Position numbers and translations under genes: made by a program
IMG/VR virus record: IMGVR_UViG_3300031417_000382
Coordinates: 2,150-66,149 of that record
Length of the DNA: 64,000 nucleotides
Source: a virus
Strand: one strand, 5' to 3'
Notes under the pieces: model-generated
Databases searched by the model: none
What the model saw: the letters and a program-made list of their open reading frames with translations, nothing else
What the model was told of the DNA's origin: nothing
Shown here: one piece after another, positions 17,779-27,325 of the stretch
Layout: each line of letters starts with the position of its first letter
Numbering within the stretch: position 1 is the stretch's first letter

Positions 17779-20435
17779 CAGAATAGTCTCTCCGGTGATA
17801 CGAACTTGGTCTTAGCGTCTTTCAACGCTACGGCCTTGAACGGTGACTTAAGAATGCGCTTTGCTTCCTCTCTAGCCTCTTCGATTAGTCCGGAGTGCTG
17901 TGCGAGTTTTGCAAAGATCATATCGGAGCGCCCTGACTGGTCCGTAGAGAACATGGTGCCTTCTCCTCGGATTTCTAGGTCGATCTTTGCGATTTCAAAG
18001 CCGTTTTCGCTATCTACGAGAGCCTGAAGTCTCTTTTCTGAGTCTTCGTTCTTTCCTAGGGCCACGAGATAGCATTTGGACGCCTTATTACTTCTACCAA
18101 CTCGGCCGCGGATTTGGTGAAGAGAAGAGGCACCGAGTCGATCTGCGGAGAGGATAACTACACGAGTAGCGTCCGGGATATCTACACCGACCTCGATGAC
18201 TGTTGATGCCACGAGTACGTCGAGCTCGTGGTTACGGAACTTCTCCATGGTCTCACGCTGGTCCACCATCTTCATGGAGCCGTGGACGAAGCCGATGCGT
18301 AGGCTCTTGAGCGTACGCTCGGATAGTTCCTTGTAGGCGCGCTCTACAGAAGCTGAGTCAATCTTTGTAGAGTCCGTCACCATCGGAGCGATGACGAAGG
18401 TCTGGTTGCCCTTGGCAGCTTCCTTAGCCACGTCGAGCCAGATCGGATGCATGAGCTCACCGAGTGTGGCCTGTGGATCCTCTCGAGCCCATTCGGTCAC
18501 GATCGGCGTACGGCCCGGTGGCTTCTCGTCCATGGTGATGATGTCTACGTCTCCGTAGAAAGCCTGAGCCGTGGTGCGTGGGATCGGCGTGGCGGTCTGC
18601 ATGAGTAGGTCGGGGACGCGGCCATCCTCGCGGCTTTCCAAGAGTACGGAGCGCTGCTCAGCGCCGAACTTCTGCTGTTCGTCCACCACTACGAGGCCGA
18701 GGTTCTTATACTTCACGCTCTGTGCGAAGACTGCGTGAGTACCGACAATGATGTCAGCCTCTCCGTTTTCGATACGCTTAAGAGCGGCCTTTCGCTCGGC
18801 GGCCTTCATGCCTCCGGAGAGAAGCTCTATTCGGAGCTCTCCAGCACCGGCGTCGGCTAGCATTTGAGCAAGCTTTTCGGTGTTGCGGTGGATCTGACGA
18901 GCTAGCACGTCGGTGGGGCCGACGAAGACAGCCTGGTATCCGGCGTCTACGGCCTGGAGACATGCGAGCTGTGCTGTGAGCGTCTTACCGGCTCCCACGT
19001 CTGCGAGGAGCAGGCTCGAGGCGGGGCGTGAGTCCTTCATGCGAGCGTTGAGCTCCGCTACGGCCTTCTTCTGTGAACCGGTGAGTGAGTACGGGAGAGC
19101 CTCGATGGCCTGGCGCTGTAGGTCACGGTCACCGACGGTTACTGAGATGCCAGGCTTGCCGGTTACGGTGTCTCGTTCGTGTTGAATGATGAGCTGCATG
19201 TAGGTGAGCTCATAGTAGGCCATCGCGAGCATCGCCGCGTCGTGCTTATCCAGGTCGCTGGGGAAGTGGAGCTGTGCGAGGATGGTCTTCATATCCTCAC
19301 GCTCTTTGTTCTTGAAGTAGACCGGAAGCTCTAGATCGCCCATACGCTGTAAGAGCTCTCGCATGGCAGCGATAAGGAAGCCGGAGGTGATGCCGGCGCT
19401 CTCTGACTGACGATAGATCGGCACCACGGGGAGAGTGATTCCGTCGTCAAAGTGCTCGATAGAGTCACCGCCGAGGTTAAGGCTACCGCGGAACTCTCCG
19501 ACGGTGCCGTTGACGATCACCTCGGAACCGATCTTGAACTTTGACTTAAGCCAGACTTGCCGCCAGAACGTGACCGGAATCTTGGTGCCGGTGGAGTCAG
19601 CAACGGTGATCTTTAGGCCAGGCACGGAGGCGTTAAGCTCGTGCATGGAGACGATGCTCCCGATGATGGTGGCTTTCTCACCGATGATCAGATCATCGAT
19701 AAGCTGAGGCTTTGACTTGTCGATGTAGCGACGAGGAAGCCGGAAGAGCAGATCGTGGAGGTTTCCGACGCCGAGCTTCTCAAGTTTGGTCTCGAGTGTT
19801 TCTTTCGAGTTCTTGAGAGCTTTCCAGCCTTGGATGTTCGCTTGCACGATGTTGAGCATCCCGATAGGGATCTCTCGCAGCGAGTCAATAGAACCGTCGA
19901 AGCCGATGATCGGAGCGTTCGTAAGCTCCTGAACCTCTCGGCTGAGCTGAATCTTCGGCTGACGTGACCGCCAGGCCTCGAGCTTGAGCTGTAGCTCCAT
20001 GAGCTTGTCAGCGCGGAGACGGTAGTGCTCTTTTCCGGGGTAGGCGCCGAGGCGGGCCAGCGCTTCACGGTAGGTCTTGGTACCGGGAGCGGTGATTTCG
20101 ATGTAGCGTCGATCTTCCGAAAGCTTAGCGGAGGGAAGCGGAACCTTATCTGCAAGGCGGCCAAGCTCTTCTGCTGCTTTTTGCGATAGGCGAACACGCT
20201 TGTGCGGAAGCCCGTGGCGAAGGACAAAAGCATTGAGCGGAGAAAGCCGGGCAGTATGCACCCAGCCTTCCCCGCTCTGCTCTGAAGTTAAGCCAAGGAG
20301 ATCATTGAGATCTGAATCCTTGGGGAGCTCGTTACGGGTTGAAAAGTAAATCTCATCGTTAGTGAGAGCCATGACAACCTGGAACTTCGAGAAATCTACT
20401 CCGCCGAGGGCGGCGATGATTTGCGATTTCTCCAT
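17778..20435 (-). CDS. recG: RecG-like SF2 helicase with N-terminal extension
   Basis: DLLFRLPRRYID wedge, LLADVGAGKT, IIVGTHA, VVVDEQQKFG, QTATPIPRT, VIEVGVD, LHQIRGRVGR, GFEIAKIDLEIRGEG. Confidence 0.9.
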   Translation of the reverse strand: MEKSQIIAALGGVDFSKFQVVMALTNDEIYFSTRNELPKDSDLNDLLGLTSEQSGEGWVHTARLSPLNAFVLRHGLPHKRVRLSQKAAEELGRLADKVPLPSAKLSEDRRYIEITAPGTKTYREALARLGAYPGKEHYRLRADKLMELQLKLEAWRSRQPKIQLSREVQELTNAPIIGFDGSIDSLREIPIGMLNIVQANIQGWKALKNSKETLETKLEKLGVGNLHDLLFRLPRRYIDKSKPQLIDDLIIGEKATIIGSIVSMHELNASVPGLKITVADSTGTKIPVTFWRQVWLKSKFKIGSEVIVNGTVGEFRGSLNLGGDSIEHFDDGITLPVVPIYRQSESAGITSGFLIAAMRELLQRMGDLELPVYFKNKEREDMKTILAQLHFPSDLDKHDAAMLAMAYYELTYMQLIIQHERDTVTGKPGISVTVGDRDLQRQAIEALPYSLTGSQKKAVAELNARMKDSRPASSLLLADVGAGKTLTAQLACLQAVDAGYQAVFVGPTDVLARQIHRNTEKLAQMLADAGAGELRIELLSGGMKAAERKAALKRIENGEADIIVGTHAVFAQSVKYKNLGLVVVDEQQKFGAEQRSVLLESREDGRVPDLLMQTATPIPRTTAQAFYGDVDIITMDEKPPGRTPIVTEWAREDPQATLGELMHPIWLDVAKEAAKGNQTFVIAPMVTDSTKIDSASVERAYKELSERTLKSLRIGFVHGSMKMVDQRETMEKFRNHELDVLVASTVIEVGVDIPDATRVVILSADRLGASSLHQIRGRVGRSNKASKCYLVALGKNEDSEKRLQALVDSENGFEIAKIDLEIRGEGTMFSTDQSGRSDMIFAKLAQHSGLIEEAREEAKRILKSPFKAVALKDAKTKFVSPERLF

Positions 20436-20441
20436 AAGCTC

Positions 20442-20451
20442 ATTGTACCGA
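20442..20451 (-). promoter_or_regulatory. SigA-type extended -10 (TCGGTACAAT), near-leaderless
   Basis: 6 nt upstream of recG ATG. Confidence 0.6.
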
Positions 20452-20465
20452 GCTTCAACGGCTTA

Positions 20466-21476
20466 CTACCCCTGAGCTGCCTTGAGTACCTTGTCCATAG
20501 CCTCTGCGTAGATGATCGGCTCGTTAGTGAGCTTGTCAATCGAGTCTACCAGAGCACGAGCGAACTGTAGGTCACCCGAGCCGCTTGGAAGTGCGGCTCC
20601 TGAGTAAGCTTCCACTAGCTCACCGAGATACTTGAGGACATCCTTCGGTAGAGCAAGTACGTAGAACACTCGCTCTACCGGCTCAGCCTGCTTAGCCTCG
20701 ATAAGAGCTCGCTGCGTAGCCTGCTGAATCGAATCAGCGTAGATAGCCCGGATAGCGACGGCGCCTTCGTCCTGCGTGTAATCCTCAGTGGTCGGCGCGA
20801 GAAGCTGAGCCACCACGTCCTTAGCCTCTGTAGTGAGGCCTCGGTAGACATCGATGGTGTTCACGACGCGCTGAGCGAGCTGGATCTGCTCTTCCACGCT
20901 GAATGACTTCGGCTTAGGAGCAAGACGGTTACTTTGCAGCGGCGTGGTTGGCTCCTGCACGGCGGCGGGAATCGGCTGTTGCTGTACCGGCGCTACATAG
21001 ACCGGCTCAGGAATCGGTGCTACGTATACTGGCTCAGGCTCCGGCACGGTGACCGGCTCCACAACCGGAGCGTAGACCGGCTCTGCTTTGTAGACCGGCT
21101 CTGGCTCCGGCTCCGGGACGTAAACCGGCTCGGGCTTCGGCTGTGACTCCTGCACCGGCGTTTCGATGGTCGGAGTACGGCCAGCTTCAAGTTCGGCGAG
21201 CATCTTCTCAATGTCGTCACCGGTGTCCGAACTGAAGACATCTTCACGCGGCGACTCAGGGATGTGAACCGGCTCAGGAGTAACCTCAGCTACCGGCTCC
21301 GGTGTAGGAGCCGAAGCGGGTGCGTCATCCTCGCCGAAGACATTGTTGGCCGTATCCTCTTCAGTAGCAGCAGAACCGGCCTCCTCAGCTTGACGCATGA
21401 GGGTGTCCATATCTTCGTCTTCGTCGTCTACGAAGAAACCGCTATCGACTTCCTGATCAGGCTTCCGTCGTACCAT
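20466..21476 (-). CDS. Acidic, Pro/Glu-rich protein with PEPVY repeats and helical C-terminal domain
   Basis: DDEDED N-terminus, multiple (P/E)EPVY units. Confidence 0.7.
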   Translation of the reverse strand: MVRRKPDQEVDSGFFVDDEDEDMDTLMRQAEEAGSAATEEDTANNVFGEDDAPASAPTPEPVAEVTPEPVHIPESPREDVFSSDTGDDIEKMLAELEAGRTPTIETPVQESQPKPEPVYVPEPEPEPVYKAEPVYAPVVEPVTVPEPEPVYVAPIPEPVYVAPVQQQPIPAAVQEPTTPLQSNRLAPKPKSFSVEEQIQLAQRVVNTIDVYRGLTTEAKDVVAQLLAPTTEDYTQDEGAVAIRAIYADSIQQATQRALIEAKQAEPVERVFYVLALPKDVLKYLGELVEAYSGAALPSGSGDLQFARALVDSIDKLTNEPIIYAEAMDKVLKAAQG

Positions 21477-23496
21477 TGGTTTTGCTCGCTTTCGCCTTTA
21501 CGAAAAGACCCTTGTCGCCGATGGAAAGAGTCAGTGTCTTCTTGTCGGAGTTAGTCAGGATTTCATCAGCGAGCAGTTCGAGAATGTTGGCTCCAACCAC
21601 GCGCTGAACTTCACGAGCACCGTACTTCGATACGTCAGAAAGCCCTGCAATGTGATCGAGAATATCAACACGCGGCTTAGTGAGGGTGTATCCTCTAGCG
21701 GTGAGCTTCTCACTAGCGTGATTGATCTCCTTAGCGATGACCTTGTGCAGGATATCGGTGGGGAGCTCGTTGAAGACCACGATCTGATCGATGCGGTTCA
21801 CCATCTCGGGACGGAATTCGTCTTCAACAGCACGCTTCACGATTGTCTTAGCGTCAGCTACACGAGCCTTGTAAGCCTCTTCGTGAGTGCTTGTGGAGAA
21901 TCCCATGTTGGCGCGCTTGATGCGGTCAGCGCCGAGGTTGGAGGTCATAACGATGATGGTCTTCGAGAAGTCCACAGTGTCACCGTGGCTATCGGTCATA
22001 CGACCGGCGTCCAGGATCTGTAGGAAGCTATCCCAAACCTTCGGGTGAGCCTTCTCGATCTCGTCAAGGATAACAACCGAGCGAGAGTGCTCCTTGACGA
22101 AGTTTGTAAGGACACCGCCGGACTCGTGACCGACGTACCCGGGAGGGGCTCCAAGCAGCTTAGAAGCCTCGTGAGCAGCACCGAATTCGGACATGTCAAT
22201 ACGTTCGACCGGCAGCTTAGCTTCCATTAGCTCCTCAGCTAGGCTGAGTGAGAGTTGGGTCTTACCGACACCGGTGGGTCCGAGGAAGAGAAGCGAACGA
22301 AGCGGCTTCGTTTCAGCGTTCAGCCCTGCAGCAGCGATCTTTAGACCGTTGACTACCTCAGCGATCTGCTCTGACTGCCCGAGCACTGACTTCTCGAGGC
22401 GCTCCTGAAGAGTCTTGATGTTCGAGAAGTTTGCAGCTTCAGGAGTATCGGCTTCATCCTTGCCCTTCTTTCCCTTCTGGGGAGACGGGAACTGGAGTAC
22501 CTGGATTCCCGGGGGAAGATTTCCTTCGATGAACTGACGTAGCGCGTCGTCATCCTCATCCGGGCCGTCTGCGAACTCGAGGAAGTCTTTAAACGAGTTG
22601 TAGAAGAGCTCTTCAAAGCTAGCGAAAGTCTCCTTGATTGCACGAGCGTAGTTGAGTACGCCCTTACTGTTTCGCATGGTGCTATCGAACGCGAGGATAG
22701 ACGCGAAACGGAAGAGAACACGAGCCATAATGCCTGGCTGTACCAGGATTAGGCCGGCGTACTCCTCGCTCATCTCTTCTGAGATAGTAAGCTCACCCTC
22801 ACGGATGCATCGATCCATAAGAAGGGCGATGTGCTTACGAGTAAGATTGATCTCGGGATAGTCCGTGTTGATGGCGTCTAAGTGAGCCTGAGCCAGGATC
22901 TCAATCATGGTGGACTTATCCAGGAACGTGGTGTCTACATCGATGGTCTCCCACGAGTTCCACTGCTTAATCATGCCAGACATCTCGTGCTGGTGAATAG
23001 TGTGGAGCGTGTGCTGACTGGCCTCAAGTACTACTCGGCCACCGACTCCGGTGATGCCGACGGCAGCGTCGAGCGACTCCGTTACGAAGATAAGATCGCT
23101 GAGCGGGAGATCATGAATGTTCATGCAGAGCTCGACGTAATCAACCCAGCGGCCGATGGCGTTCTGCGCGACGAGCGAGACGTGCTCGAGCGGGACGTTG
23201 ACGAACTCGAGTCTATTGAGCTTTGCACGCTCCGTGAAAACCTCACGGTTGTAGTAAAGCTGGTTAATCAGGAAGCTCTTACCGACGGTGGGGGAGCCGG
23301 TGACGATGGTCTTTCCAAGATTCGGATCGAGCACCGTCACCGCGAAGGAGTCTAGGTACTCGCGGAACTGCTTCGGCATTTTGTCATAGGCCACCACGGC
23401 TCCGGCTCTGTCCGCAAGAAAACTCTTGTGAATGAAAAGCTGTCGTTCGTTGGTGGGACCACTGTTCGCGAGCGTGTCTGCGAGTGTATCCTTCAT
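21457..23496 (-). CDS. Clp/Hsp100-family ATPase (degenerate D1, intact D2)
   Basis: D1 GSPTVGKS only; D2 LFLGPTGVGKT, RIDMSEF, LLGAPPGYVG, ILDEIEKAH, IIVMTSN, FRPEMVNRID, YGAREVQR. Confidence 0.85.
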   Translation of the reverse strand: MKDTLADTLANSGPTNERQLFIHKSFLADRAGAVVAYDKMPKQFREYLDSFAVTVLDPNLGKTIVTGSPTVGKSFLINQLYYNREVFTERAKLNRLEFVNVPLEHVSLVAQNAIGRWVDYVELCMNIHDLPLSDLIFVTESLDAAVGITGVGGRVVLEASQHTLHTIHQHEMSGMIKQWNSWETIDVDTTFLDKSTMIEILAQAHLDAINTDYPEINLTRKHIALLMDRCIREGELTISEEMSEEYAGLILVQPGIMARVLFRFASILAFDSTMRNSKGVLNYARAIKETFASFEELFYNSFKDFLEFADGPDEDDDALRQFIEGNLPPGIQVLQFPSPQKGKKGKDEADTPEAANFSNIKTLQERLEKSVLGQSEQIAEVVNGLKIAAAGLNAETKPLRSLLFLGPTGVGKTQLSLSLAEELMEAKLPVERIDMSEFGAAHEASKLLGAPPGYVGHESGGVLTNFVKEHSRSVVILDEIEKAHPKVWDSFLQILDAGRMTDSHGDTVDFSKTIIVMTSNLGADRIKRANMGFSTSTHEEAYKARVADAKTIVKRAVEDEFRPEMVNRIDQIVVFNELPTDILHKVIAKEINHASEKLTARGYTLTKPRVDILDHIAGLSDVSKYGAREVQRVVGANILELLADEILTNSDKKTLTLSIGDKGLFVKAKASKTNGTTEA

Positions 23497-23529
23497 GCTG
23501 CCACCTCAAGTTTGGTTGTAGATAACGCT

Positions 23530-23539
23530 ATCTTACCAA
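23530..23539 (-). promoter_or_regulatory. SigA-type extended -10 (TTGGTAAGAT)
   Basis: Upstream of Clp ATG, RBS GAGGTGG. Confidence 0.55.
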
Positions 23540-23563
23540 CGCACACCGTCGGCTTGCAGAATC

Positions 23564-24457
23564 TTACTCTTCAGAACGAAGTTCCCAGAGAGTCGAGAAA
23601 CGGTTAAGCCATGCGGTGGCGGTGTTGATCTGGTTCGAGATCTCTTCCTCGCGACCAGGCGGAATAGTTCCGATGAAGTCGTCCGGCTCAGATAGCGAGG
23701 TAATGCCGGAGAGAACGTTGAGGAAGTTGTAGAGATCAACCTTCTGCTGCGGAGAGAGAACGGCCACGCCGTCACCCTCTACTTCGAGCTCTACGAATTC
23801 CGAATCAGCGTGATCGGTCATAGAGCCCTCGGCGTCAGCCTCAAGCATGGCGTCCGCAGCAGCTTCTAAGCCCTTGTGGTAACCGTCCTGCTCTGCGTCC
23901 TCAAGATTACGCTCACGCTCTTCAATGGCTTTCTCGTCAGCCTTCTTCTGCTCACGAGCGTCCTCAATGATGGAGTCCACCATAGCGGTCGCCTTATCAG
24001 CCGACTGCCCTTCGGTCTCCTCGCGGATCTGCTCGGTGATCTTCGGGAGCTCGCGTTTGATGTCGCGAGCCTGTGCCTCAGTAAGTCGAACCTCTGTGCC
24101 CTCCGGCGTAACAGATTCGATCATCTGTACAGCCTTAGAGAGGTCGAGGAGCTGGTAGCTTCGTGATGCCGAGATATCGAACTCATGCTTCACGTACTCA
24201 GCCCAGGTCTCGTAGCCGAGAGCCTTGTAAGCCTTCCCATTGTGGGCCTGAGCAAGGAGGATATAAGTTGCAGAAGCAGCGGCGCGGATAGCGTCGGTGA
24301 TCTCGCGAGCCTTAGCCTCACTCATCTCAAAGTCTAGGTCATCATCGGAGATGAGTAGATCAGTGCCGTGGTCAAACGGATCAACATCGTCGTCGAGCTC
24401 AAGCTCATCGAAGCCGTCGTCCTCCAGGTCGTTGATCTGGTCAAGAATGTCGCTCAT
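23564..24457 (-). CDS. Acidic hypothetical protein with phage/plasmid-type ALGYxTWxEYV..EF..SxSRSYQLL motif
   Basis: Motif KAYKALGYETWAEYVKHEFDISASRSYQLL suggests DNA-binding helix bundle. Confidence 0.6.
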   Translation of the reverse strand: MSDILDQINDLEDDGFDELELDDDVDPFDHGTDLLISDDDLDFEMSEAKAREITDAIRAAASATYILLAQAHNGKAYKALGYETWAEYVKHEFDISASRSYQLLDLSKAVQMIESVTPEGTEVRLTEAQARDIKRELPKITEQIREETEGQSADKATAMVDSIIEDAREQKKADEKAIEERERNLEDAEQDGYHKGLEAAADAMLEADAEGSMTDHADSEFVELEVEGDGVAVLSPQQKVDLYNFLNVLSGITSLSEPDDFIGTIPPGREEEISNQINTATAWLNRFSTLWELRSEE

Positions 24458-24483
24458 AGTGTCCCTTTCTCAAAGCTGTAGGG

Positions 24484-24490
24484 AATATCG
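24484..24490 (-). promoter_or_regulatory. CGATATT motif
   Basis: 27 nt upstream of ATG 24457. Confidence 0.5.
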
Positions 24491-24499
24491 GAAGTAGGC

Positions 24500-25174
24500 T
24501 TAAAGCCCAGGTATGAACTGTCCTAGGAAGAGCACGAGAAGAGTTGGGATCAGAATGATCGGCACCATAGGAAAGTGCTTTTTCGTGAAAAGCTTCTTGA
24601 AATCCCAAGAGCGGAGATAGATCGAGTTTGCTACGTAGTAGACAATGAGAGCTACGAGCACCCCGTAGAGTGCGAGCTTAAGACCTGGGAGTACAAAGAA
24701 CGGATAGATCGAGTAAACGAGAGTTTGCAAAGCTCGACCGTCAGCATTTCCGATGCCTGGGAAGAACGCCACTGCAAAAGCGAGAACTGCGAAGACCGCG
24801 AACGTAACTCGCTCACTCTCGAGCCCAAAATGGTATAGCAAAAAGATAGCTACACCGAGTGCGATGAGATTGCCGACTCGAGCCATCCATGCGTCCACGT
24901 AAAACACAGTCATGTCGGTGAAGCATGACTGGAATGTGGTGAACGCTACAACGCCGATGACTGCTGCCATGTAGTTCGACGTGTCGAAAGAGTATGAAAC
25001 TACTGTCTCACCGAGGACGAACAGTGCTCCTACGAGAGTAGAGTAGATTGCTAAGCGACGCCAGTTAGCGTCTAAGCCTTTGTGGTCTGTAGTCCAGCTA
25101 GGCTTATAGAAAAACGAGACGGCGCCTTGGGCTGCAACACCAAGTACACCGATTGCAGCCCAAAGCGCCATCAT
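24500..25174 (-). CDS. Prepilin-peptidase (A24)-like polytopic membrane protein
   Basis: Multi-TM; CFTD first Asp and GIGNADGR GxxD-type second Asp motif. Confidence 0.55.
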   Translation of the reverse strand: MMALWAAIGVLGVAAQGAVSFFYKPSWTTDHKGLDANWRRLAIYSTLVGALFVLGETVVSYSFDTSNYMAAVIGVVAFTTFQSCFTDMTVFYVDAWMARVGNLIALGVAIFLLYHFGLESERVTFAVFAVLAFAVAFFPGIGNADGRALQTLVYSIYPFFVLPGLKLALYGVLVALIVYYVANSIYLRSWDFKKLFTKKHFPMVPIILIPTLLVLFLGQFIPGL

Positions 25175-25187
25175 AGCTCTTTAATCC

Positions 25188-26357
25188 TTACGAACGCTCA
25201 GGGATCGCGAGGAGGAAGACGTTCTCCGCGACAGAGTCGTCATCGTAGACCGGCTCCAGAACGAATGCCGAGTTAGCGTCCTGCCACTTCAGGTTGAAGC
25301 GGTTGCTAGAGATCGGGCCAAGAGCCTCGTTAAGGATCGCACGGCTGAAGCGTACGACCACAGGCGCGTCGAGCTCAGTAACCTCCTGGAGGTTCACACG
25401 AAGAGTGTTGGTCTCGTGGATGTTCGAGACAACCAGGCCCTTCTCCGAGATGGTGAGCTGGATGTTCGACTCATCGTAGACCAGGCTGCTGATCGAGGCG
25501 ATTGCGTTACGAAGCTCCGGCAGGCTGATGAGGGCCTTGCTGTCGGTGTTCGATGCGCTCTTCTTAATCACCTGGTAAGCCAGCGGCTCAGCACTGGAGA
25601 GAGCGAAGAGTGCAATACGACCATCGGGGAAGACGTAACCGAACTTCTTGGCCTTAGAATCGAAGATCAGCTCGATGTTGTCAACCGAACCCTTTGAAGG
25701 AGCGATCATAGAGGCGCGCTCCGCAGGGATGAGCAGGTTCGGGTTATCGCTGAAGAACTCAGCTCCGGTGCTCGGCACGAACGGGATCACGATCTCACCC
25801 AGAGCGTAACGGTCAGTGGCCATGACCGTGATGGTCTTCTCATCAGCGTCGAGCTTCACGTCAACCGTGCCGATGACCGGCAGAACACCGGCGTTGGTCG
25901 GGTCGGTGAGCTTCGCCAGGCGGTTGAGCGTGTCGAAGTACTCAGTGTCCGAAACCGAACCGATGGTCTCGTAATTCGGCTCCGCACCGATGCGAGCCTC
26001 AACCAGAGGAATGGTGTAGTTCTCCTGGGGGCGCTTCACCTTGAGCGAAGTACGCGGGTTGTTGAGCTCCTTGGAGAAGGTCAGCGGCGCCTCGTGGTCA
26101 CGAAGAGAAGAAGCGAAACGCTTTAGGTACTGTGCGTCTAGAGCTAGCTTCACCTCATCCTCGTCATCCTCGAGCTCAACCTTGTCCACCACGAGGTTGG
26201 ACTTGATGTAGGAAAGCCCGTTGGTGTGGGAGAGATAGCCGTGACCGTCTGCATCTACAACTAGTGCGATGTAAGCCTTGTCATCCTTGGTATCGAGCGT
26301 CTTAGCGACCCAAGCGGTTGCTTCGACCAGGCTCTTTGTGTTCAGTACTAGCTGCAT
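25188..26357 (-). CDS. dnaN: DNA polymerase III beta sliding clamp
   Basis: 389 aa, three-domain size, ITVMATDRYAL motif, C-terminal FLLAIPER. Confidence 0.8.
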   Translation of the reverse strand: MQLVLNTKSLVEATAWVAKTLDTKDDKAYIALVVDADGHGYLSHTNGLSYIKSNLVVDKVELEDDEDEVKLALDAQYLKRFASSLRDHEAPLTFSKELNNPRTSLKVKRPQENYTIPLVEARIGAEPNYETIGSVSDTEYFDTLNRLAKLTDPTNAGVLPVIGTVDVKLDADEKTITVMATDRYALGEIVIPFVPSTGAEFFSDNPNLLIPAERASMIAPSKGSVDNIELIFDSKAKKFGYVFPDGRIALFALSSAEPLAYQVIKKSASNTDSKALISLPELRNAIASISSLVYDESNIQLTISEKGLVVSNIHETNTLRVNLQEVTELDAPVVVRFSRAILNEALGPISSNRFNLKWQDANSAFVLEPVYDDDSVAENVFLLAIPERS

Positions 26358-26420
26358 TGTGCCGGTAGCCTTTCGTTGTCTATATGTCTATCTTACAAAG
26401 TGTTTAGCAGTTTTTACCGA

Positions 26421-26507
26421 CTGTAGACGGCGATCTAAGCGATTATGCCCAGTAGGTATACATCCACGCGTCTAACGAGTGAAAGTCGCTTAGGCCGCCG
26501 TCTACAG
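26421..26507. repeat. REP/MITE-like element with 22-nt terminal inverted repeats
   Basis: CTGTAGACGGCGATCTAAGCGA (26421-26442) / TCGCTTAGGCCGCCGTCTACAG (26486-26507), 2 mismatches. Confidence 0.7.
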
Positions 26508-26513
26508 TGTTTC

Positions 26514-27290
26514 TCAGCCGAATAGAGCCGGGTTGTCAGTGTAAAGCTTGTTGAGCTTCTCGACATCCTTCATGGTGTCCATAGCGTGCCAGAAACCACG
26601 GTGGGTGTAAAGACCAAGCTCTCCATCAGAGGCGAGCTTCTGCAGGGTCTCGTAAGCGTAGTCACCAGAATCAGGAGTCACACGCTCTAGGAGGCTGTTG
26701 TCACAGGCCATGAAGCCACCGTTGATGAAGTTCTCAACGCTGGAAGCCTTCTCTACGAAGCTAGTGATCTGGCCATCCTCAACGTCGATGATACCGAAGC
26801 GCTCTTCGCGGCCGACGCCGGTCATCGTGACGGTGTTGTCAGTAGCGTAGTGCGTGGCCTCAACAGCGTGGAGATCCACATCCGAAACTGAGTCACCGTA
26901 GGTGAGGAAGAAGTCGTCGTCACCGATGAAATCCTTAGCAAGTGCCAGGCGGCGACCGGTGTCCGACTTCTCTCCGGTCTCTACCACGTGGACGGTCCAA
27001 TCCTCACGTGGATTGCCGTGGATAGTCATGCCGTCGTGAGCGTTGAACGTAACGCTGCGACCGCGGAATCCGTAGTCACGGAAGTACTGCTTGAACTGCT
27101 CCGAGCGATACCCCACCAGAAGGATGAACTCCTTGTAGCCCTGCGAGTAGAAGTGTCGCATGATGTGGACCACCACAGGATCGTTTCCGATCGGCACGAG
27201 TGGCTTAGGGGTGAGTGTGGTCTTTTCGGCGAGGCGAGTTCCTTCGCCACCGGCGAAGATTACGACCTTCTTAATGCGTGGTTCAGTCAT
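26514..27290 (-). CDS. rfbF: Glucose-1-phosphate cytidylyltransferase
   Basis: FAGGEGTRLAE.T...PKPLVPIG, TGRRL, LTYGDSVSDVD, INGGF, GFWHAMDT; ATG 27290 with AAGGAG RBS. Confidence 0.85.
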   Translation of the reverse strand: MTEPRIKKVVIFAGGEGTRLAEKTTLTPKPLVPIGNDPVVVHIMRHFYSQGYKEFILLVGYRSEQFKQYFRDYGFRGRSVTFNAHDGMTIHGNPREDWTVHVVETGEKSDTGRRLALAKDFIGDDDFFLTYGDSVSDVDLHAVEATHYATDNTVTMTGVGREERFGIIDVEDGQITSFVEKASSVENFINGGFMACDNSLLERVTPDSGDYAYETLQKLASDGELGLYTHRGFWHAMDTMKDVEKLNKLYTDNPALFG

Positions 27291-27312
27291 GGGTGTAGCT
27301 CCTTTACTTCCT

Positions 27313-27322
27313 ATGCTACCGA
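27313..27322 (-). promoter_or_regulatory. SigA-type extended -10 (TCGGTAGCAT)
   Basis: Upstream of rfbF ATG 27290. Confidence 0.55.
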
Positions 27323-27325
27323 AGC

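Noticed and set aside
20990-21135. ACCGGCTC tandem repeats
   Set aside because: Low-complexity coding repeat (PEPVY) in a disordered linker.
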